In this document: positions 13,366 to 24,700 of the stretch, piece by piece | Numbering within the stretch: position 1 is the first letter of the stretch | Layout: every line of letters begins with the position of its first letter | Assembly: GCF_963921235.1 (NCBI RefSeq) | Contig: NC_086108.1 | Coordinates: 116,004,001-116,068,000 of the forward strand | Origin: Mobula hypostoma | Lineage: Eukaryota | Reading direction: 5' to 3' | DNA: 64,000 nucleotides | Notes under the pieces: model-generated | Told to the model about the DNA's origin: nothing | Seen by the model: only the letters and a program-made list of their open reading frames with translations | Database searches by the model: none | Made by a program: the position numbers and the translations under genes

Positions 13366-13634
13366 ATTTACTAAGAAGGAAGGATATTGTTAATATCCCA
13401 ATGTTCTAGAATAGTCTTGGCCTGAAACGTTGATTGTTTACTTTTTGCCATAGATGCTGCCTGGCCTGCTGAGTTCCTCCAGCATCTTGTGTGTGTTTCC
13501 AGCATCTGCAAATTTTTCTCATGTTTGGAAGGTAATTCACTGCCTGAGGGGGATATGAAGCAGAGACCCTTACAATGTTGAACAGGTATCTGGATGAACA
13601 CTTGAATCACTAAGGCAGAGAGAGCCCCTTGTAC

Positions 13635-13830
13635 TGGAGCAACATGGTAGTGTAGTAGTTACCGTATACCAGCGACCAGAGTTCAAATCCTGCTGCTGTC
13701 TCTAAGGAGTTTGCACGTTCTCCCTGTGACCAGGTGGGTTTCCTCCAAGTGCTCCAGTTTCCTCCCACAGTCAAAGATACGTGGATTAGTTAACTGGGTG
13801 TAACTGGGTGGTGGGGACGCATTAGGCCAG
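13635..13830 (+). mobile_element. tRNA-derived V-SINE (HE1-like), degenerate
   Basis: B-box-like GAGTTCAAATCC followed by V-domain GGAGTTTGCACGTTCTCCCTGTGACC..GGGTTTCCTCC..GCTCCAGTTTCCTCCCAC. Confidence 0.8.
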
Positions 13831-13962
13831 GATAAATAAATCAGGAAAGAGAAAAGAGAAGGGCATTGACATAATGCTGAGGACTGGGGTTGGTGTAGAT
13901 GTCCAGAGTGAATATGATAGGCCAAAGGGCCTGTAACCATGCACTGAGATTCTGGGACACAC

Positions 13963-14072
13963 CAATATTCAGAGCGGACAGTGTAACTCTCCCATCTTTC
14001 TATAATACTAGCAGCAAGCTGGTTTGCCTGATCAGCATCGAATTTCATCTCCTTGTGGTCCACGCATCCCCG
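13963..14072 (-). CDS. Candidate internal exon of an unidentified host gene (RGCVDHKEMKFDADQANQLAASIIERWESYTVRSEY)
   Basis: Non-repeat island between TEs; acceptor TTTTTCACCAG| at 14073 (alternatives at 14091, 14102), donor TG|GTGTGT at 13962; in frame with candidate exon 1. Confidence 0.4.
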
Positions 14073-14134
14073 CTGGTGAAAAAGCAACTCCTGCACTCAA
14101 ACTGTAATAGAATAATATATCTGTGATTACAGAA

Positions 14135-14960
14135 CCTGGGCGACCCCTATCTCCCCCGCTCCCAGACCCTCATCCCTCTCCTCCCCTTCTACCCATCACA
14201 TCCAATCCTATACCCTGCCCTTGACACATCTTCCACCTTCCCATTCTGCACTTCACTTGTGAATCTTTTGGGGTCATCTATTGCATCAGGTGCTCCCAGT
14301 GAGGCCTCCTCTACATCGGTGAAACTCAACGCAGATTGGGGGACCGCTTCGTCGAGCACCTCCGCTCTGTCTGCCACAACAGACAGGATCTCCCAGTAGC
14401 CACCCACTTCAACTCTGCTTCCCATTTCCATTAAGATATGTCCATGGCCTCCTCTACTGCCATGATGAGGCTAAACTCAGGTTGGAGGAGCAACACCTCA
14501 TATACCGTCTAGGTAGTCTCCAGCCCCTTGGTATGAACATAGAATTCTCCAACTTGTGGTAATTCCCTCCCCCTCCCTTCCTCTATCCCTATGTCACTCT
14601 GTCCCCTCCCCCAGCTACCTACCACCTCCCTCTTGGTTCCACCTCCTTCTACTACCCATTGTGTTTTCCCCTATTCCTTCTTCACCTTTCCTGCCTATCA
14701 CCACCTCCCTGCCTCCCCTCCCCCACCCCTTTATCTTTCCCCTCACTGGTTTTTCACCTAGAACCTACCAGCCTTCTCCCTCCCACCCTCCCCCCACCTT
14801 CTTTATAGGACCTCTGCCCCTTCCCCCTATAGTCCTGACGAAGGGTCCCGGCCCGAAACGTCGACCGATCTTTTCCACGGATACTGCCTGACCTGCTGAG
14901 TTCCTCCAGCGTGTGGTGAGTGTTGCTTTGACCCCAGCATCTGCAGAGTATTTTGTGTTT
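14135..14960 (+). mobile_element. Penelope-like element 3' fragment (GIY-YIG remnant, pyrimidine-rich UTR, hammerhead)
   Basis: GVIYCIRCSQ*GLLYIGETQRRLGDRF-encoding DNA ~14270-14350; homologous to 43250-43560. Confidence 0.85.
14831..14866 (+). ncRNA. Minimal type I hammerhead ribozyme of Penelope-like element, intact core
   Basis: AGTC-CTGACGA-A-GGG(TCCCGG)CCC-GAAAC-GTC-GAC; predicted cleavage after C14862; palindromic stem III implies a dimeric form. Confidence 0.8.
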
Positions 14961-14979
14961 AACATTCTGCACACCTCCT

Positions 14980-15700
14980 CCGATACGGTGTTTCCTCAAC
15001 TCCGATAGAACGCACTCCGACCCTGAAGCCCGTGGTTAAATCTCCCCTCCATCTCTATGGCGAGAGCAGTCCCAGACTCTGAAGTCTCCACCCGCCCCCT
15101 CACCCTAGGGCTGAGGTTCCTCCGACCCGCTGAGCGTCTCTGGGATCCTTCCTGATGCCGTCGCCGGGACTGAGCCGGAGATCCCGGCCGTTCTGGTTCG
15201 CGCAACGAGCTACAGCGAGTAACCCCAAGGGGACGATCCGTCGCCATCTCAATGCAGAGTCAATGGCAGTGCTTGACAGAGTGCGCGGTGCAGATAATGG
15301 AGGACAATGGGCCAGGACAATGGAGACCCCACACCGACCCGGGAAACACTGAGCTCCCAAACTCCGTCACCTTGAGGTGGAGAGTGGGGGTCTGCGGGCC
15401 AGACCCCACCCCTTCTCCACACAGGGGACAGACCGATCGGCCTCAGTACAGCAGCCTGTCATTGGCTGTTGTTATGGAGACAGGAACAGGCGTTGCCGAC
15501 TGATTAAACTTGGCTACCAGCGCAAATGGATTTTCAGAATCAGATCAAGTTGTCCCTCTGAGACATGTTGGGCTCCCGGCCCGTGTTGCGTCTGGCTGTG
15601 TTGTGGCTGTAGCGGTGTCGTGCCGGTTGAACGCCACCGCCCTGTACAACATCGGAGGCAATTCACCCCACAGCAACACTCGGGTCGAGGCAGTTGGAAC
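14980..15700. promoter_or_regulatory. CpG-rich island / probable promoter with CCAAT box (ATTGG 15461-15465) and RFX X-box-like GTTGTTATGGAGAC (15468-15481)
   Basis: Visibly high CpG density against a CpG-depleted background, non-repeat sequence, motif similarity to GTTGCCATGGCAAC. Confidence 0.6.
15104..15247 (-). CDS. Candidate first coding exon (MATDRPLG...RRNLSPR, 48 codons)
   Basis: ATG in GAGATGG context within the CpG island; donor AGG|GTGAGG at 15103; phase 0 matches candidate exon 2. Confidence 0.4.
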
Positions 15701-15707
15701 GTGGAGC

Positions 15708-18700
15708 ACTCTCCCTGAGGGGGTGGTGGAGGCAGACTCTCCCTGAGGGGGTGCTGGAGACAGACTCTCCCTGAGGGGGTGCTGGAGGCAGACTCTCCCT
15801 GAGGGGGTTGTGGAGACAGACTCTCCCTGAGGGGGTGCTAGAGGCAGACCCTCGCTGAGGGGATGCTGGAGACAGACTCTCCCTGAGGGGGTGCTGGAGG
15901 CAGACCCTCGCTGAGGGGATGCTGGAGACAGACCCTCCCTGAGGGGATGCTGGAGACAGACCCTCCCTGAGGGGGTGCTGGAGGCAGACTCTCCCTGAGG
16001 GGATGCTGGAGGCAGACTCTCCCTGAGGGTATGGTGGAGGGTAACTCTCCCTGAGGGGGTGCTGGAGGCAGACTGTCCCTGAGGGGATGGTGGACACAGA
16101 CCGTCGCTGAGGGGGTGCTGGAGACAGACTCTCCCTGAGGGGGTGGTGGAGGCAGACTCTCACTTAGGGGATGCTGGAGACAGACTCTCCCTGAGGGTGT
16201 GCTGGAGACAGACTCTCTGTGAGGGGGTGCTGGAGGCAGACCCTCGCTGAGGGGATGCTGGAGACAGACTCTCCCTGAGGGGATGCTGGAGACAGACTCT
16301 CCCTGAGGGTGTGCTGGAGACGGACTCTCCCTGAGGGGGTGGTGGAGGCAGACTCTCCCTGAGGGAGTGCTGGAGACAGACTCTCCCTCAGGGGGTGCTG
16401 GAGGCAGACTCTCCCTGAGGGGGTTGTGGAGACAGACTCTCCCTGAGGGGGTGCTAGAGGCAGACCCTCGCTGAGGGGATGCTGGAGACAGACCCTCCCT
16501 GAGGGGGTGCTGGAGGCAGACCCTCGCTGAGGGGATGCTGGAGACAGACTCTCCCTGAGGGGATGCTGGAGACAGACCCTCCCTGAGGGGGTGCTGGAGG
16601 CAGACTCTCCCTGAGAGGATGCTGGAGGCAGACTCTCCCTGAGGGTATGGTGGAGGGTAACTCTCCCTGAGGGGGTGCTGGAGGCAGACTGTCCCTGAGG
16701 GGATGGTGGACACAGACCGTCGCTGAGGGGGTGCTGGAGACAGACTCTCCTTGAGGGGGTGGTGGAGGCAGACTCTCACTTAGGGGATGCTGGAGACAGA
16801 CTCTCCCTGAGGGTGTGCTGGAGACAGACTCTCTGTGAGGGGGTGCTGGAGGCAGACCCTCGCTGAGGGGATGCTGGAGACAGACTCTCCCTGAGGGGAT
16901 GCTGGAGACAGACTCTTCCCTGAGGGTGTGCTGGAGACGGACTCTCCCTGAGGGGGTGCTGGAGGCGGACTCTCCCTGAGGGGGTGCTGGAGGCAGACCC
17001 TCGGTGAGGGGATGCTGGAGACAGACTCTCTCTGAGGGGATGGTGGAGACAGACTCTCACTTAGGGGGTGCTGGAGACAGACTCTCCCTGAGGGGGTGCT
17101 GGAGACAGACTCTCCCTGAGGGGGTGCTGGAGGCAGACCCTCGCTGAGGGGATGCTGGAGACAGACTCTCCCTGAGGGGATGCTGGAGACAGACTCTCCC
17201 TGAGAGGGTGCTGGAGGCAGACCTTCCCTGAGAGTGTGCTGGAGACAGACTCTCCCTGAGGGGGTGCTGCAGGCAGACCCTCGCTGAGGGGATGCTGGAG
17301 ACAGACTCTCCCTGAGGGGGTGCAGGAGACAGACTCTCCCCGAGAGGGTGCTGGAGACAGACTCTCCCTGAGGGGATGCTGGAGACAGACTCTCCCTGAG
17401 AGGGTGCTGGAGGCAGACTCTCCCTGAGGGTGTGCTGGAGACAGCCTCTCCCTGAGAGGGTGCTGGAGGCAGACCCTCGCTGAGGGGGTGCTGGAGATGG
17501 ACTCTCCCTGAGGGGGTGCTGGAGGCAGACCCTCGCTGAGGGGATGCTGGAGACAGACTCTCCCTGAGAGGGTGCTGGAGGCAGCCTCTCCCTGAGAGGG
17601 TGCTGGAGGCAGCCTCTCCCTGAGGGGATGCTGGAGACGGACTCTCCCTGAGGGGATGCTGGAGACGGACTCTCCCTGAGGGGGTGCTGGAGGCAGACTC
17701 TCCCTGAGGGGATGGTGGAGACAGACCCTCCCTGAGGGGGTGCTGGAGACAGACTCTCCCTGAGGGGATGCTGGAGGCAGACTCTCCCTGAGGGTATGGT
17801 GGAGGGTAACTCTCCCTGAGAGGGTGCTGGAGGCAGACTGTCCCTGAGGGGATGGTGGACACAGACCGTCGCTGAGGGGGTGCTGGAGACAGACTCTCCC
17901 TGAGGGGGTGGTGGAGGCAGACTCTCACTTAGGGGATGCTGGACACAGACTCTCCGTGAGGGGGTGCTGGAGACAGACTCTCCGTGAGGGGGTGCTGGAG
18001 GCAGACTCTCCCTGAGGGGGTGCTGGAGGCAGACCCTCGCTGAGGGGATGCTGGAGACAGACTCTCCCTGAGGGTATGGTGGAGGGTAACTCTCCCTGAG
18101 GGGGTGCTGGAGGCAGACTGTCCCTGAGGGGATGGTGGACACAGACCGTCGCTGAGGGGGTGCTGGAGACAGACTCTCCCTGAGGGGGTGGTGGAGGCAG
18201 ACTCTCACTTAGGGGATGCTGGAGACAGACTCTCCCTGAGGGTGTGCTGGAGACAGACTCTCTGTGAGGGGGTGCTGGAGGCAGACCCTCGCTGAGGGGA
18301 TGCTGGAGACAGACTCTCCCTGAGGGGATGCTGGAGACAGACCCTCCCTGAGGGGGTGCTGGAGGCAGACTCTCCCTGAGAGGATGCTGGAGGCAGACTC
18401 TCCCTGAGGGTATGGTGGAGGGTAACTCTCCCTGAGGGGGTGCTGGAGGCAGACTGTCCCTGAGGGGATGGTGGACACAGACCGTCGCTGAGGGGGTGCT
18501 GGAGACAGACTCTCCCTGAGGGGGTGGTGGAGGCAGACTCTCACTTAGGGGATGCTGGAGACAGACTCTCCCTGAGGGTGTGCTGGAGACAGACTCTCTG
18601 TGAGGGGGTGCTGGAGGCAGACCCTCGCTGAGGGGATGCTGGAGACAGACTCTCCCTGAGGGGATGCTGGAGACAGACTCTCCCTGAGGGTGTGCTGGAG

Positions 18701-21700
18701 ACGGACTCTCCCTGAGGGGGTGCTGGAGGCGGACTTTCCCTGAGGGGGTGCTGGAGGCAGACCCTCGGTGAGGGGATGCTGGAGACAGACTCTCTCTGAG
18801 GGGATGGTGGAGACAGACTCTCACTTAGGGGGTGCTGGAGACAGACTCTCCCTGAGGGGGTGCTGGAGACAGACTCTCCCTGAGGGGGTGCTGGAGGCAG
18901 ACCCTCGCTGAGGGGATGCTGGAGACAGACTCTCCCTGAGGGGATGCTGGAGACAGACTCTCCCTGAGAGGGTGCTGGAGGCAGACCTTCCCTGAGGGTG
19001 TGCTGGAGACAGACTCTCCCTGAGGGGGTGCTGGAGGCAGACCCTCGCTGAGGGGATGCTGGAGACAGACTCTCCCTGAGGGGGTGCAGGAGACAGACTC
19101 TCCCCGAGAGGGTGCTGGAGACAGACTCTCCCTGAGGGGATGCTGGAGACAGACTCTCCCTGAGAGGGTGCTGGAGGCAGACTCTCCCTGAGGGTGTGCT
19201 GGAGACAGCCTCTCCCTGAGAGGGTGCTGGAGGCAGACCCTCGCTGAGGGGGTGCTGGAGACGGACTCTCCCTGAGGGGGTGCTGGAGGCAGACCCTCGC
19301 TGAGGGGATGCTGGAGACAGACTCTCCCTGAGGGGATGCTGGAGACAGACTCTCCCTGAGAGGGTGCTGGAGGCAGACTCTCCCTGAGGGTGTGCTGGAG
19401 ACAGCCTCTCCCTGAGAGGGTGCTGGAGGCAGCCTCTCCCTGAGGGGATGCTGGAGACGGACTCTCCCTGAGGGGATGCTGGAGACGGACTCTCCCTGAG
19501 GGGGTGCTGGAGGCAGACTCTCCCTGAGGGGATGGTGGAGACAGACCCTCCCTGAGGGGGTGCTGGAGACAGACTCTCCCTGAGGGGATGCTGGAGGCAG
19601 ACTCTCCCTGAGGGTATGGTGGAGGGTAACTCTCCCTGAGGGGGTGCTGGAGGCAGACTGTCCCTGAGGGGATGGTGGACACAGACCGTCGCTGAGGGGG
19701 TGCTGGAGACAGACTCTCCCTGAGGGGGTGGTGGAGGCAGACTCTCACTTAGGGGATGCTGGACACAGACTCTCCCTGAGGGGGTGCTGGAGACAGACTC
19801 TCCGTGAGGGGGTGCTGGAGGCAGACTCTCCCTGAGGGGGTGCTGGAGGCAGACTCTCCGTGAGGGGGTGCTGGAGGCAGACTCTCCCTGAGGGGGTGCT
19901 GGAGACAGACTCTCCGTGAGGGGGTGCTGGAGGCAGACCCTCGCTGAGGGGATGCTGGAGTCAGACTCTCCCTGAGGGGATGCTGGAGACAGACTCTCCC
20001 TGAGAGGATGCTGGAGGCAGACTCTCCCTGAGGGTGTGCTGGAGACAGACTCTCCCTGAGGGGGTGCTGGAGGCAGACCCTCGCTGAAGGGATGCTGGAG
20101 ACAGACTCTCCCTGAGGGGATGCTGGAGACAGCCTCTCCCTGAGAGGGTGCTGGAGGCAGACTCTCCCTGAGGGTGTGCTGGAGACGGACTCTCCCTGAG
20201 GGGGTGCTGGAGGCGGAATCTCCCTGAGGGGAGCTGGAGGCAGACCCTCGCTGAGGGGATGCTGGAGACAGACTCTCCCTGAGAGGGTGCTGGAGGCAGA
20301 CTCTCCCTGAGGGTGTGCTGGAGACAGACTCTCCCTGAGGGGGTGCTGGAGGCAGACCCTCGCTGAGGGGATGCTAGAGACAGACTCTCCCTGAGAGGGT
20401 GCTGGAGGCAGACTTTCCCTGAGGGGGTGCTGGAGGCAGACACTCGGTGAGGGGATGCTGGAGACAGACTCTCTCTGAGGGGATGGTGGAGACAGACCCT
20501 CGCTGAGGGGGTGCTGGAGGCAGACTCTCCCTGAGGGGGTGCTGGAGGCAGACTCTCCCTGAGGGGATGGTGGAGACAGACCCTCCCTAAGTGGGTGCTG
20601 GAGGCAGACTCTCCCTGAAGGGGTGCTGGAGACAGATCCTCACTGAGGGGGTGCTGGAGGAAGACTCTCCCTGAGGGGGTTGTGGAGACAGACTCTCCCT
20701 GAGGGGGTGCTGGAGGCAGACTCTCCCTGAGGGGGTTGTGGAGACAGACTCTCCCTGAGGGGGTGCTGGAGGCAGACCCTCGCTGAGGGGATGCTGGAGA
20801 CAGACTCTCCCTGAGGGGATGCTGGAGACAGACCCTCGCTGAGGGGGTGCTGGAGGCAGACCCTCGCTGAGGGGATGCTGGAGACAGACTCTCCCTGAGG
20901 GTATGGTGGAGGGTAACTCTCCCTGAGGGGGTGCTGGAGGCAGACTGTCCCTGAGGGGATGGTGGACACAGACCGTCGCTGAGGGGGTGCTGGAGACAGA
21001 CTCTCCTTGAGGGGGTGGTGGAGGCAGACTCTCACTTAGGGGATGCTGGAGACAGACTCTCCCTGAGGGTGTGCTGGAGACAGACTCTCCGTGAGGGGGT
21101 GCTGGAGACAGACTCTCCCTGAGGGGGTTGTGGAGACAGACCGTCGCTGAGGGGGTGCTGGAGACAGACTCTCCCTGAGGGGGTGGTGGAGGCAGACTCT
21201 CACTTAGGGGATGCTGGAGACAGACTCTCCCTGAGGGTGTGCTGGAGACAGACTCTCCGTGAGGGGGTGCTGGAGACAGACTCTCCCTGAGGGGGTTGTG
21301 GAGACAGACTCTCCCTGAGGGGGTGCTGGAGGCAGACCCTCGCTGAGGGGATGCTGGAGACAGACCCTCCCTGAGGGGGTGCTGGAGACAGACTCTCCCT
21401 GAGGGGGTGCTGGAGGCAGACCCTCGCTGAGGGGATGCTGGAGACAGACTCTCCCTGAGGGGATGCTGGAGACAGACCCTCCCTGAGGGGGTGCTGGAGA
21501 CAGACTCTCCCTGAGGGGGTGCTGGAGGCAGACCCTCGCTGAGGGGATGCTGGAGACAGACTCTCCCTGAGGGGGTGCTGGAGACAGCCTCTCCCCGAGA
21601 GGGTGCTGGAGACAGACTCTCCCTGAGGGGATGCTGGAGACAGACTCTCCCTGAGGGGATGCTGGAGACAGACTCACCCTGAGAGGGTGCTGGAGGCAGA

Positions 21701-24700
21701 CTCTCCCTGAGGGTGTGCTGGAGACAGCCTCTCCCTGAGAGGGTGCTGGAGGCAGACCCTCGCTGAGGGGGTGCTGGAGATGGGCTCTCCCTGAGGGGGT
21801 GCTGGAGGCAGACCCTCGCTGAGGGGATGCTGGAGACAGACTCTCCCTGAGAGGGTGCTGGAGGCAGACTCTCCCTGAGGGTGTGCTGGAGACAGCCTCT
21901 CCCTGAGAGGGTGCTGGAGGCAGCCTCTCCCTGAGAGGGTGCTGGAGGCAGCCTCTCCCTGAGGGGGTGCTGGAGGCGGACTCTCCCTGAGGGGGTGCTG
22001 GAGACGGACTCTCCCTGAGGGGATGCTGGAGACGGACTCTCCCTGAGGGGGTGCTGGAGGCGGACTCTCCCTGAGGGGATGGTGGAGACAGACCCTCCCT
22101 CAGGGGGTGCTGGAGACAGACTCTCCCTGAGGGGATGCTGGAGGCAGACTCTCCCTGAGGGTATGGTGGAGGGTAACTCTCCCTGACGGGGTGCTGGAGG
22201 CAGACTGTCCCTGAGGGGATGGTGGACACAGACCGTCGCTGAGGGGGTGGTGGAGACAGACTCTCCCTGAGGGGGTGGTGGGGGCAGACTCTCACTTAGG
22301 GGATGCTGGACACAGACTCTCCCTGAGGGGGTGCTGGAGACAGACTCTCCCTGAGGGGATGCTGGAGACAGACTCTCCCTGAGGGTGTGCTGGAGGCAGC
22401 CTCTCCCTGAGGGTGTGCTGGAGACAGCCTCTCCCTGAGAGGGTGCTGGAGGCAGACCCTCGCTGAGGGGGTGCTGGAGATGGACTCTCCCTGAGGGGGT
22501 GCTGGAGGCAGACCCTCGCTGAGGGGATGCTGGAGACAGACTCTCCCTGAGGGGATGCTGGAGACAGACTCTCCCTGAGAGGGTGCTGGAGACAGACTCT
22601 CCCTGAGGGTGTGCTGGAGACAGCCTCTCCCTGAGAGGGTGCTGGAGGCAGCCTCTCCCTGAGGGGATGCTGGAGACGGACTCTCCCTGAGGGGATGCTG
22701 GAGACGGACTCTCCCTGAGGGGGTGCTGGAGGCAGACTCTCCCTGAGGGGATGGTGGAGACAGACCCTCCCTGAGGGGGTGCTGGAGACAGACTCTCCCT
22801 GAGGGGATGCTGGAGGCAGACTCTCCCTGAGGGTATGGTGGAGGGTCACTCTCCCTGAGGGGGTGCTGGAGGCAGACTGTCCCTGAGGGGATGGTGGACA
22901 CAGACCGTCGCTGAGGGGGTGCTGGAGACAGACTCTCCCTGTGGGGGTGGTGGAGGCAGACTCTCACTTAGGGGATGCTGGAGACAGACTCTCCCTGAGG
23001 GGGTGCTGGAGACAGACTCTCCGTGAGGGGGTGCTGGAGGCAGACTCTCCCTGAGGGGGTGCTGGAGACAGACTCTCCGTGAGGGGGTGCTGGAGGCAGA
23101 CTCTCCCTGAGGGGGTGCTGGAGACAGACTCTCCGTGAGGGGGTGCTGGAGGCAGACCCTCGCTGAGGGGATGCTGGAGTCAGACTCTCCCTGAGGGGAT
23201 GCTGGAGACAGACTCTCCCTGAGAGGATGCTGGAGGCAGACTCTCCCTGAGGGTGTGCTGGAGACAGACTCTCCCTGAGGGGGTGCTGGAGGCAGACCCT
23301 CGCTGAAGGGATGCTGGAGACAGACTCTCCCTGAGGGGATGCTGGAGACAGCCTCTCCCTGAGAGGGTGCTGGAGGCAGACTCTCCCTGAGGGTGTGCTG
23401 GAGACGGACTCTCCCTGAGGGGGTGCTGGAGGCGGACTCTCCCTGAGGGTGTGCTGGAGGCAGACCCTCGCTGAGGGGATGCTGGAGACAGACTCTCCCT
23501 GAGAGGGTGCTGGAGGCAGACTCTCCCTGAGGGTGTGCTGGAGACAGACTCTCCCTGAGGGGGTGCTGGAGGCAGACCCTCGCTGAGGGGATGCTGGAGA
23601 CAGACTCTCCCTGAGAGGGTGCTGGAGGCAGACTTTCCCTGAGGGGGTGCTGGAGGCAGACCCTCTGTGAGGGGATGCTGGAGACAGACTCTCTCTGAGG
23701 GGATGGTGGAGACAGACCCTCGCTGAGGGGGTGCTGGAGGCAGACTCTCCCTGAGGGGGTGCTGGAGGCAGACTCTCCCTGAGGGGATGGTGGAGACAGA
23801 CCCTCCCTGAGTGGGTGCTGGAGGCAGACTCTCCCTGAAGGGGTGCTGGAGACAGATCCTCACTGAGGGGGTGCTGGAGGCAGACTCTCCCTGAGGGGGT
23901 TGTGGAGACAGACTCTCCCTGAGGGGGTGCTGGAGGCAGACTCTCCCTGAGGGGGTTGTGGAGACAGACTCTCCCTGAGGGGGTGCTGGAGGCAGACCCT
24001 CGCTGAGGGGATGCTGGAGACAGACCCTCCCTGAGGGGATGCTGGAGACAGACCCTCGCTGAGGGGGTGCTGGAGGCAGACCCTCGCTGAGGGGATGCTG
24101 GAGACAGACTCTCCCTGAGGGTATGGTGGAGGGTAACTCTCCCTGAGGGGGTGCTGGAGGCAGACTGTCCCTGAGGGGATGGTGGACACAGACCGTCGCT
24201 GAGGGGGTGCTGGAGACAGACTCTCCCTGAGGGGCTGGTGGAGGCAGACTCTCACTTAGGGGATGCTGGAGACAGACTCTCCCTGAGGGTGTGCTGGAGA
24301 CAGACTCTCCGTGAGGGGGTGCTGGAGACAGACTCTCCCTGAGGGGGTTGTGGAGACAGACCGTCGCTGAGGGGGTGCTGGAGACAGACTCTCCCTGAGG
24401 GGGTGGTGGAGGCAGACTCTCACTTAGGGGATGCTGGAGACAGACTCTCCCTGAGGGTGTGCTGGAGACAGACTCTCCGTGAGGGGGTGCTGGAGACAGA
24501 CTCTCCCTGAGGGGGTTGTGGAGACAGACTCTCCCTGAGGGGGTGCTGGAGGCAGACCCTCGCTGAGGGGATGCTGGAGACAGACCCTCCCTGAGGGGGT
24601 GCTGGAGACAGACTCTCCCTGAGGGGGTGCTGGAGGCAGACCCTCGCTGAGGGGATGCTGGAGACAGACTCTCCCTGAGGGGATGCTGGAGACAGACCCT

